This document shows positions 53,345 to 64,000 of a stretch of DNA of 64,000 bases, piece by piece (the stretch's first letter is position 1; each line of letters opens with the position of its first letter). Under the pieces are notes generated by a model. The model searched no databases, was not told where the DNA came from, and was given only the letters and a program-made list of their open reading frames with translations. Source of the stretch: Takakia lepidozioides (lineage: Eukaryota; Plantae; Bryophyta); assembly GCA_030704615.1 (NCBI GenBank), contig CM060732.1, forward strand, positions 31,992,001 through 32,056,000. The letters run 5' to 3'. Made by a program: the position numbers and the translations under genes.

Positions 53345-56300
53345 TTCAATCCATCCCTATTTCGAAGCTCAAACAGTGTGCGCCAACGCACACTGTTCGA
53401 GCCCCCCTTCTCATTGTTTTTTTCACAATAAAATCGTCCAGACAGGGTATCTCTATGAGGTTCAATCAACAATTTCTTGGCAGCTCTAGCAGTGTGCGTC
53501 AACGCACACTGTTTGAGCCCACCTTGTCATTATTTTTATCATCTAAAAATCGGCCACATAGGGCATCTCTTTGAGCTTCAATGCACACTTACCTAGCAGC
53601 TCAAACAGTGTGCGTCAACGCACACTGTTTGAGCCCACCTTGTCATTGTTTTTTTTCATTTGAAAATCGGCCACATAGGGCATGTCTTTGAGCTTCAATG
53701 CACACTTACCTAGCAGCTCAAACAGTGTGCGTCAACGCACACTGTTTGAGCCCACCTTGTCATTGTTTTTGTCATCTAAAAATCGGCCACATAGGGCATC
53801 TCTTTGAGCTTCAATGAACACTTACCTAGCAGCTCAAACAGTGTGCGTCAACGCACACTGTTTGAGCCCACCTTGTCATTGTTTTTTTCATTTGAAAATC
53901 GGCCACATAGGGCATCTCTTTGAGCTTCAATGCACACTTACCTGGCAGCTCAAACAGTGTGCCTCAACGCACACAGTTTGAGCCCACCTTGTCATTGTTT
54001 TTTTCAATTGAAAAACGGTCACATAAGGCATCTCTTTGAGCTTCAATGCACACTTACCTGGCAGCTCAAACAGTGTGCGTCAACGCACACTGTTTGAGCC
54101 CACCTTGTCATTGTTTTTTATATCTGAAAATCGGCCACATAGGGCATCTCTTTGAGCTTCAATGCACACTTACCTGGCAGCTCAAACAGTGTGCGTCAAC
54201 ACACACTGTTTGAGCCCACCTTGTTATTGTTTTTTTCATTTGAAAATCGGCCACATAGGGCATCTCTTTGAGCTTCAATGCACACTTACCTGGCAGCTCA
54301 AACAGTGTGCGTCAACACACACTGTTTGAGCCCACCTTCTCATTGTTTTTTTCATCTGAAAATCGGCCACATAGGGCCACTCTGGCAGTTTCAATCCACC
54401 CCAAATTGGAAGCTCAAACTGTGTGCGGCACCGCGCACTGTTTGAGCCCACCATTTTGATTGTTTTTTCATGTTCAAATTGGCCACATAGGGCCATTCTG
54501 TCAAGTTCAATCCACCCCGAATTGGAAGCTCAAACAGTGTGCGGCACCGCACACTGTTTGAGCCCCCCATTTTGCTTGTTTTTTCATGTTCAAAACGGCC
54601 ACATAGGGCCACTCTGGCAGATTTAATCCACCCCGAATTGGAAGCTCAAACAGTGTGCGTCAACGCACACTGTTTGAGCCCCCCATTTTGCTTGTTTTTT
54701 CATGTTCAAAACGGCCACATAGGGCCACTCTGGCAGGTTCAATCCACCCCGAATTGGAAGCTCAAACAGTGTGCGTCAACGCACACTGTTTGAGCCCCCC
54801 TTGTGCCTTGTTTTTTGGTGTGGAAATGGTGCACACAGGGGCCTCTCTGTCTGGTTCAATCCACCCCTAATTTGAAGCTCAAACAGTGTGCGCCAACGTA
54901 CACTGTTTGAGCCCCCTTCTCATTGTTTTTTTCATAATAAAATCGTCCAGACAGGGTATCTGTGTGAGGTTCAATGAACAATTTCCTGGCAGCTCAAACA
55001 GTGTGCGTCAACGCACACTGTTTGAGCCCCCCTTGTCATTGTTTTTTTTCATGTGAAAATCGGCCACATAGGGCCACTCTGGGAGGTCCACTCCACCCCT
55101 ATTTGGAAGCTCAAATAGTGTGTGGCAACGCACACTGTTTGAGCCCCCTTTTTAGCTTGTTCCTTCATGTGAAAATCGGGCACGTAGGGCCAATTTGGCA
55201 GGTTGAATCCACCCTGAATTGGAAGCTCAAACAGTGTGCGGCAATGCATACTGTTTGACCCCCCCATTTGCCCTGTTTTTGGGTGTTTAAATAGTGCACA
55301 CAGGGGCCTGTCTGTCTGGTTGAATCCACCCCTATCTCGAAACTCAAACAGTGTGCGTCCACGCACGCTGTTTGAGCCCCCCTTCTCATTGTTTTTTTCA
55401 TAATAAAATCGTCCAGACAGGGTATCTCTGTGAGGTTCAATCCACACTAACCTAGCAGCTCAAACAATGTGCGTCTACTTACACTGTTTGAGCCCCCCTT
55501 GTAATTGTTTCTTTAATGTGCAAATCGTGCACACAGTCGCCTCTCTCTAAGGTTCATTCCACCCCTTTTTGGAAGCTCAAACAGTGTGCGGCATTGCACA
55601 CTGTTTGAGCCCACACTTGACATTATTTTTTTCCTTTTAAAATCGACCACAAGGGTCATCTCTGTCAGGTTCAATTCACACTTACCTGGCAACCCAAACA
55701 GTTTGCGTCAACGCACACTGTTTGAGCCCCCTGATTTGCTTGTTTTTTTACATGAAAATTGTGCACCTAGGGCCAGTCTGGCAGGTTGAATCTACCCCAA
55801 AATGGAAGCTCAAACAGTGTGCGCCAACGCACACTATTTGAGCCCCCTTCACTGCTTTTCTTTTATTTCAAAATCGGCCACTCATGGCCACTATGCCATG
55901 TTAAAATCACACCTTATTGCAAGCTCAAACAGTGTGCGGCAACGCACACTGTTTGAGCCCCCTTATCTGCTTGTTTTTTTATGTGAAAATCGGGCACCTA
56001 GGGCCACTCTGGCAGGTTGAATCCAACAGCTCAAACAGTGTGCGGCAACGCACACTGTTTTGAGCCCCCTCTCTGCTTGTTTTTTTTATGTGAAATTGGG
56101 CCAAACAGGGCCAGTATGCATTCTCAAAACTCCCATAGTTGGAAGCACGAAGAGTGTGCGACAACGCACACTGTTTGTGCCCCCTTTTTTTCCCTCTCTG
56201 CCTATTTTTTTTGTGGAAACATTCCACATAGGGCCAAATGTCATGTTCAAAACACCACTATTTAGAAGCTGAAACATTGTGCGGCAACGCACAGTGTTTT

Positions 56301-56370
56301 CGGCCCCCACAATGCTTGTTTTCTGATGAGAAATTGGGCCACACAGGGCCTGTCTACCATGCTCAAAACA
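53345..56370. repeat. Satellite-like array, ~26 x ~116 bp, each unit containing a 36-bp palindrome
   Basis: gctcaaacagtgtgcgt-ca-acgcacactgtttgagc or variants at 53367, 53483, 53599, 53716, 53832, 53948, 54064 ... 55923, 56029, 56145 and ~56268. The intervening ~80 bp are related but fall into subtypes. Confidence 0.97.
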
Positions 56371-56572
56371 CCATCGTTTGATGCCTCTCTCTTATATCAA
56401 TTTGAATGAACAACCCTGCAGGAGAAGATGCAAAGTGTGGCGGATGAGATCCCTTCGGGGCAGGGGAAGGAGATCATTGTTGATGTGGACGATGAGTTCT
56501 ATGAAAGCAAAGCTGCTGAGATGCTGGGGGGTCAGAAGGTAAACTCTCAGTTTGTGGTGCAAAGTATGCTTG

Positions 56573-57302
56573 TGTCGCGCACCTCACTTCGGTAAGCTCC
56601 CCTTCAAGTCATAGTTACTCGCTTTGATGCGCGCGCCTGACTCCCAATCTGGCCGCTGGGCCAACTTGGAGCTTCGGCTGCTCACCGGGGCATAACGGTC
56701 CCCCTTTGTTCTCCAAAGAACCCTCCACCGATTTGGAACCAGCGGGAATTCCCTTTGGTAGTTGGCAGTCCGGAACAGCTCCCCACTCTTTGGTCGCTTT
56801 CCGGCTCGCTCGCTTACTCACTAGTTTTTGGTCACCAACGGGCTTGCACCGTTCTCGGGGTTACTACTCCCTATATATACTTCTGTAGCTGTCTGCGGGG
56901 GTTTCACAACCAGCCATGCCATTTTATGGCGAACCACCACGAAAACCCTCGACTCCCGGTGATGAGTCGCGGTGAGTCTTGGCCCACTCACCACGGCCCC
57001 TATGGACCGTGATGAGTCCCAAGACTCCCCACGACTCCCACCACGAGGTCTCCGCCCCCATGGTGAGTCCTAAGCCACCCCCACTAAGTCCCGCTAAGCT
57101 ACCACCACCCCTTGTGGAGCCACCCCCACCGCAACCCGGTGTGCGGGGCTCCACCTAGTGAGCACCTTCGCCTCCTTGGGTGCCTTGGGCACTCAAGGGT
57201 CCTTCAGCCCCCCATACCTATCGCTGCCGCTGCCCCCACCACAAGGGCAACCCCTCATGTGTCCTGACCCCCCCCCTGCCCTCAAGGCAAAGGGCCGCGA
57301 CA
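56573..57302 (-). repeat. 3' LTR of the Ty3 element
   Basis: Near-identical to 62354-63082. Confidence 0.95.
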
Positions 57303-60300
57303 CACACCCCTACCAACAGGGAGTCGATGTCCTCATCGACTTGTCCATTTTGTAGAAACGAACATCCAAGTTGTGGCGTCCCACATCAAGGAGTTTGTTT
57401 CCGTACCATGGCGTCCCATGGCAAAGAACCAAACCCCACACTTGACTCTACTCTCCACTAGCTAGTTCGGCCGACTTCCTCCAAGTCCCGGCCAAGGGTG
57501 GAGCCTCTCAAGCTCCTCCCAGTGCACTCTTCTTGGCCTACTTCAAGGCCAAGGAACGATCCTCCCCGAGGATCGAATCGCCTTACTGCAACAACATTGC
57601 TTGCGACCGCTCATGATGCCGCTTTTGGCATCACTTTGAGCAAGGGTTCACTTCGAACCCTCTTTGACTAGGAAGATAACCTTGAACCAACCATGCGCCC
57701 CAATCACTACAATTGGGTCCGCCTTGGAATGCTGGCCTGAGGTACGGGAACACGCCGAAGCCGCACTACGACTTCGTCCCGAGGCTACACGATTATAGTA
57801 CGTGGACGGAAGCACGTGGCTTCCGCGTTAGCCCGCACTACAAGGCAACCCCCTCGGTAGCGCAGTTATAGTACGCGCACGCGCCAGGTGCGCACTAGCA
57901 CGTGAACTCCCAAAGAAGGCGCAAGTTTTCTTGCCCCTCGGATGGGGGTCACCCGATTTCGGCACTACGCAAACACACGATTAACCCAATTTACCTCTCC
58001 CACTTTTATAAGCTAGCATGCATTCTACACACTAGCCAACCATACCATGCATCACCATTCCAAACAAAATAGGATGCACAACATTTGGAATCCATTTCAT
58101 TTATAGCACGTTTTGTACAATACAAGTTTTTGCAATCGGATTCCTAAGCTAGCTAAGCCGGGCTAAGCATGCATTTCCTCCCCACGCTCCAAGGTTGATG
58201 TCCCCATCAACGCTTCTTTCGCTTTTGAGGTCGCCCTTCGAAAGCTGCAACCGCCTCGGATGCGTTTCCCATTTCCGAGGCACGCACCCAAGATGCCTCC
58301 ACATGATGATAGCCCTTCCATTTCACGAGATACTCCGTTTCTCGGTTCCTGAACCTCCTCGACTTAAGTATTGCCTCCACCTCGTACTCAGGTTCATTTT
58401 CATGATCCAACAGCATAGGTGGCGGACGCAACACTTGATGCCGATTCGGACGCGCTTCATCTTTGAAGTAAGGCTTCAAAAGGGAGACATGGAATACTGG
58501 GTGCACCTTGCTGTTTGCCGGCAGCTCCAATTCATACACATCCTCATTCATAACCTTCCGAATGCGAAAGGGTCCCGCATACGGAGGTACGAACTTCGGA
58601 CTCACTTCCGGAGGTAGTCGGAAATTCTTGATGTTCAACCAGACCTCTGTGCCTACCTCAAACTTCACTTCCCTCCGCTTCCGATTCGCCTGCCTTTCAT
58701 ACCGTTTCCTAGCTTTGGCAATGTTGTACTTTGCGAGCTTCAACAAACGCTCGCGTTCTTCTAGTACCGCCGCTACTGCCGGTTCTTCGACGTCCTGGGC
58801 GGCCCAACTTGTCGGCACCAGAGGTGCTTTTCCATAGACCAATACGAAAGGGGAAACTCCCGTTGCGGAGTGTTCTGTGTTATTATAACAGAACTCTGCC
58901 GCATCTAAGTGTTCCACCCAGTCTATTTGGTCTGCCGACACGTAATTCCGCAAGATCTACTTCACTACGGAATTCACCCTTTCTGTTTGGCCGTCGGTCG
59001 TAGGTCGGAAGGCGGTGCTCATCTTCAGCCTCGTCCCCATCTTCTTCCAAAGTGCTCTCCAGAATTTACTCGTAAACTTTGGATCGCGGTCCGAGACAAT
59101 ATCCTTCGGGACTCCATGATGCTTTAAAGACGTGGGCGAAGTAAAGTCGCCCTGTCTCCTGCGTCGTTGCCGTCTCCTTGGTGGGGCTGAAATGGCCCAT
59201 TTTACTGAACCTATCTACCACCACCATGATTGCATCGAATCCTTTTGACAGCGGCATAACAGTCATGAAATCCATCGAGACGCTTTCCCAAGTCCCCTCT
59301 GGAATCGGCAAGGGTTGTAACAGCCCCGCTTGCTTTTTGTACTCGCTCCGGTTTTGTTGGCATGTGGTGCATGTCTTGACATACTCCTCTGCCTCCTCCC
59401 TCAGTTTGGGCCAGAAATACTCTTTCTTCAAGAGTGCCGCAGTGCGCTTGGCTCCGCCGTGGCCCGCAAGCGGGCTATCATGGCATTCTCTCAAGAGGCT
59501 ATCTCTGATCCCTCCCTTCGGCACGTAGAGACGTTTTTGCTTATACCGGAGCAGTCCATTTTGCAAGTGGAACTGCGATTTAACCCCCATCCTCAAGTCC
59601 TGCATCACGGACTTCGCCAGCTCATCCTTCCGGCAAGCCTTCCGGATCTTCCTTTGGAGCGCCGTCTCGCCCTTGTACACCAACAAGACCTGCTGCTTTC
59701 TACTTAAAGCATCGGCCACCACGTTGTCTCGTCCCGGTTTGTACTGGATATCCACGTCGAACACCGCCAAAGTATCTTGCCACCTAAGTTGTTTTGGGGA
59801 CAACTTGGGCTGCGTGGCAAAATACTTCACCGTGACATTGTCCGTGAACACCTTCACTGGGTTGGAACCAACATAGTGGCGCCAAAGCTCAAGACAGTGC
59901 ACCACCGCCTTCATCTCTTTCTCGTGCGTCGGCCACCGTCGCTCCACTTCATTCAGTTTCTTACTTTCGTAAGCCACTGGACGTCCATCTTGCATCAGTA
60001 CACCCCCAATCGCGAAGTCCGACGCATCTGTATGTATCTCGAACGGACAATTGAACTCCGGGATTTTCAAGACTGGAGCTTCCGCCATCCGTTGCTTTAA
60101 TTCAGCAAAAGCTTGGCCACAAAAGGTGTTCCATGCCCAGACTTTAGATTTACACAGAAGGTCTGACAGCGGCCCCGCAATCTTGGCGAAATTTCTCACA
60201 TACTTCCGGTAATAGGAGGCGAGTCCTAGGAAGGATCGCACTCCCGGGACCGAAGTCGGAGGCTCCCAGTCCAAGATCGCCCTCATCTTTCTGTCATCCA

Positions 60301-62353
60301 TTTTGATCCCATCCTGTGTAATCACATGCCCCAAGAACTCCACTTTCGTGACCCCAAATTCGCACTTTGAAGCTTTGGCGTACAGCTTCCATTCCCGCAA
60401 CTTTTGGAACACCCTTTTGAGGTGCTCCAGGTGCTCCTCCTTTGTTTTCGAGTACACCAAGATGTCGTCGATGTACACGATCACAAAGTCATCCAACCAC
60501 TCCTGGAAAAGGCTGTTCATCAGCGTGCTAAAGGTCGGAGGTGCATTGGTGAGCCCAAAAGGCATCACCAAGAACTCATATGAACCATACCTTGTCCTGC
60601 ACGCGGTCTTCTCCTCATCTCTTCCGCCACCCGAATTTGGTGATAGCCGGAGCGCAAGTCGATCCGGCTGAAATACTTCGCTCCTGCCAACCGATCGAAG
60701 AGGTCGTCGATCCTTGGCAAAGGGTACCGGTTTTTTATAGTCACCTTATTCAGAGCCCTGTAATCGACACACATCCGCAGCGTCCCATCCTTCTTGTCTG
60801 CAAATAGCACCGGGGCTCCGTAAGGTGACTTACTCGGCCGGATGTACCCCTTTGACATTAGATCCTTGAGCTGAGTCTTCAGCTCGACCAACTCTCTGTG
60901 GCTCAACCGGTAGGGCGCCTTGGCAGGCGGTTCCGATCCCGGTATCACCTCAATCTTGTGGTCAACTCCTCTTCGCGGTGGCAAGCCGCTTGGTAAATCC
61001 TCCGACATCACATCCTGGTATTTCTCCAAAACAACAACGACACATTAGTTCCGGATATTATCCCATCCACGAACAATAACTGACTCCCTTTACGCAGGGC
61101 GCCAGTTTCCTGATACAACTCACAAGAATAGTTGCCTACCTTGCAATCCTGGCGACCACCGCTTCCACCAAGCGACTGATGGTATCTTCCGACAGCTCCG
61201 TGGTTGCCCGAGTCATGTTCAATTGTCGAGGTTTCGTGCACTTCTTGGCCATGTGCCCGGGCTCCCCGCAATTGAAACACACTCCATCAAAGGTCGCCTT
61301 CTGTCCGCCATAAGCCGCTCCACCCGCTTTTCCTTTGGAAGCACCGGGTGCCGCCTTGACGTGTGAAGGTCCTCCCTTCGATTTCCACGTGCCATTGTCG
61401 CCGCGTGGCCTATCCCACTTCTTTTCCGGTCGGGAGGAGTCACCTTCCCGCCGGGTCTTCTTGTGGTTCAGCTCCGTACGGCCTTGTCTTTCACCCCTAG
61501 GGACATCCGAGAAACATTCAGCCCTCTCAATTGCCTTGTTCAAAGTCTTGGGTGGCTTCTCCTCCAACTTTCGCCTGGCCCATGGGGCCAGTCCCGCCAC
61601 AAAGTTGAAGACCATTTCTGGTTCTGCCATATCCGCGACTTCGAGCACAACACATTGAAAGCCTGGACATACCCCCGAATGTCATCTGTTTGCTTCAAAT
61701 TCCTCATCTTGTCCCGGGCAAGCCAGGACGCGTTGAGGGGCACAAACTGTCTCTTCATCAATTCCTTGAACCCACTCCAGTTCAAGGTTTCCGGGCTTGG
61801 ACCTCGGTCGTGAAGGCGTTTCTGCCACCATTGTTGAGCATAGCCCCTCAAATAGGTGGGAGCCACTTCCACCCGATCCTCGTCACTCAACTTGGCCGCC
61901 CGGAAGTACTGCTCTAGCTCCAAGAGCCAGGTGTTGAGTGCCTTCCGATTTCGGACGCCCTCGAAGGTGCCGGGTTCCTTAGGCTTCACCTTAAACTTTG
62001 CCTTAGCAGAAGTGGCATTAGCCGCCTTCAACACGTCTTTCAATGTCCCGCCAAACTGCGCCAACAACCCTTTCCAAAAAGCTGCCGGCATGGGAGGCAT
62101 CTGTTGGTCTGTCGGAGCTCTCAGGGATTCCTCGGGCTCCGACTCCTCGGATTCCTCCCGCTCTTGAGCGGCCTCGTTTTCAGAAACCTGCGTCGCTTCC
62201 TCAAACGGCCGCTTCGGTGACACGTCGCCCCCATCGGGCTCACCAGGATCATCATTTTTTGGGTCGTTCCGCTTTTGCTTTGGCTTGCCCGACCCCATGA
62301 AGAGGCCAATCCCAAGGACGATCGCGTACTGAACTCTAGGCTCTGATACCAAG

Positions 62354-63082
62354 TGTCGCGCACCTCACTTCGGTAAGCTCCCCTTCAAGTCATAGTTACT
62401 CGCTTTGATGCGCGCGCCTGACTCCCAATCTGGCCGCTGGGCCAACTTGGAGCTTCGGCTGCTCACCGGGGCATAACGGTCCCCCTTTGTTCTCCCAAAG
62501 AACCCTCCACCGATTTGGAACCAGCGGGAATTCCCTTTGTAGTTGGCAGTCCGGAACAGCTCCCCACTCTTTGGTCGCTTTCCGGCTCGCTCGCTACTCA
62601 CTAGTTTTTGGTCACCAACGGGCTTGCACCGTTCTCGGGGTTACTACTCCCTATATATACTTCTGTAGCTGTCTGCGGGGGTTTCACAACCAGCCATGCC
62701 ATTTTATGGCGAACCACCACGAAAACCCTCGACTCCCGGTGATGAGTCGCGGTGAGTCTTGGCCCACTCACCACGGCCCCCTATGGACCGTGATGAGTCC
62801 CAAGACTCCCCACGACTCCTACCACGAGGTCTCCGCCCCCATGTTGAGTCCTAAGCCACCCCCACTAAGTCCCGCTAAGCTACCACCACCCCTTGTGGAG
62901 CCACCCCACCGCAACCCGGTGTGCGGGGCTCCACCTAGTGAGCACCTCCGCCTCCTTGGGTGCCTTGGGCACTCAAGGGTCCTTCAGCCCCCCATACCTA
63001 TCGCTGTCGCTGCACCCACCACAGGGGCAACCCCTCATGTGTCCCGACCCCCCCCCTGCCCTCAAGGCAAAGGGCCGCGACA
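62354..63082 (-). repeat. 5' LTR of the Ty3 element
   Basis: Adjacent to the PBS; followed by TSD gcttg. Confidence 0.95.
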
Positions 63083-64000
63083 GCTTGCCCCGAGTGGGAG
63101 GTTGAAGATTCCCTGTGTAGGTTGGTTTCCATGCCCGTCGTTCGTCCACCCTCATGAAGGACATCCTGAAGCTGGAGGCCGAGTTTGTTCATGGGTATTT
63201 GGATGGATCCGCAGTCTTTTAACGTTTCTACAAGGGATTCCAGAGGCAATGAGCTCCTTGTGGATGAGTCAATCGTGGACTTCTGGGATCCCATTTGGAG
63301 AGAGGTGAACGAATCCTTCGAACTTCTTCTCTCCAGGAAACCTTCCACCCAGGCATTCTTAGGGAAGATGTTTCACGTTTGGGATAGCAACCACCGGTTG
63401 CTTGCATGGATGGCTGTCATTGGGAGGCTGCACTCACAGGAGGAAGAGTGACATTACTCTGTTCGATCGATGGTGCTGGATTGTGACAGGAATATGATGG
63501 GTCTTCTGACGGCAATGAATGATGTGAACAGGTTGGTTTCTCATTCTACATGTTCCACTTGTGGTTCCGTGGTTCTTTGGTTCCAGTCCTCTGTTGACGG
63601 TCCTTGAATTTCATTCTGACTTTCAGACATCATTCTGCAGAGGGACGGAGACATCACATGTCAAAACGAGTCTGGTTCACACACTGTACATGAAACAAAG
63701 GATCGGGCAGATTCCCTTGACCAACTTCAAGACCATCCTTTCAGCAAAGACGTACAAGAAGTGCGAAAGCTCCAAGACATCAGAAACGTGGTACTCATTG
63801 ACCCGTGAGGCTTTCATGGAGTATATGTACGCGGTGAGATACATCTTCCATCATCTGGCCTTTCAATATTCCTGCTTCCACATGTTTGTTTCTGTTTGTT
63901 TCCCTTGCCCTTGGGTTGATGCAACTCTCATGCATTCCCTTGCAGCAAGACATTGCAGATGCAGGAGAGCGTGGCAAACTGGAATACTACAACTCTACCC

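Larger units (their letters stand above)
56573..63082 (-). mobile_element. Ty3/gypsy chromovirus (Tcn1-like) with both LTRs and TSD, protease region deleted
   Basis: LTRs 62354-63082 and 56573-57302 (TGTCGCG...CGCGACA); TSD GCTTG at 56568-56572 and 63083-63087; PBS tggtatcagagcc (tRNA-iMet) next to the 5' LTR; gag with CFNCGEPGHMAKKC knuckle, RT, RNase H, integrase and chromodomain; PPT ggtaggggtgtg. Confidence 0.96.
56422..64000 (+). pseudogene. Spliced ParB/Srx-like domain gene interrupted by the Ty3 insertion and running off the window
   Basis: Exon begins after cctgcag at 56421 (EKMQSVADE...VVQSML) and resumes after the TSD at 63088: APSGRLKIPLCRLVSMPVVRP.LMKDILKLEAEFVHGY..WREVNESFE..KMFHVWDSNHRLLAWM..LLTAMNDVNR|GT, exon end 63531. 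Further exons 63641-63833 and 63946-end. Several frameshifts and a stop. Confidence 0.65.

Noticed and set aside
53367-56300. RSS-like heptamers (CACACTG, one mismatch from CACAGTG) in the palindromes as RAG1-like targets
   Set aside because: No ACAAAAACC-like nonamer at 12 or 23 bp in the units inspected, and the array is ~45 kb from the transposase; the link is unsupported.
53345-56370. CRISPR array (36-bp palindromic repeats with spacers)
   Set aside because: Spacers are ~80 bp and homologous to each other, there are no cas genes, and the context is eukaryotic; it is a tandem repeat.
56573-58173. 1.6-kb LTR starting at tgcatgc after the proximal purine tract
   Set aside because: The TSD GCTTG and the TGTCGCG...CGCGACA termini define ~730-bp LTRs.

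Overview
Eukaryotic land-plant DNA, probably a moss or other bryophyte (inferred from the intronless PAL, Tcn1-like chromoviruses, the PPR-DYW fragment and short GT-AG introns). It is TE-rich with two apparently intact host genes: PAL (39597-41786,+) and a 3-exon mitochondrial IscA-like gene (46560-47745,-). Two loci stand out. (1) At 0.8-11.6 kb, a spliced, lightly decayed RAG1/Transib-like DDE transposase gene (5085-8240,+) sits tail-to-tail with a spliced BAH-like/ubiquitin-like gene (10213-11605,-). It is preceded by a 4x65-bp tandem array and same-strand host gene fragments (F-box, NDUFAF5, NAA40), suggesting a two-gene RAG-like cargo transposon in a plant. (2) At 53.3-64 kb, about 26 copies of a ~116-bp unit built on a 36-bp palindrome lie directly before an exon of a spliced ParB/Srx-like gene, which is split by a Ty3/gypsy chromovirus with both LTRs (TSD GCTTG). 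The window also holds a Ty1/copia element with an internal inversion and half-tRNA-type PBS, a second truncated Ty3 copy, a LINE-ORF1-like remnant, MITE-like elements and scrambled RPL21 exons. All family calls come from reading motifs by eye; no database search was run.
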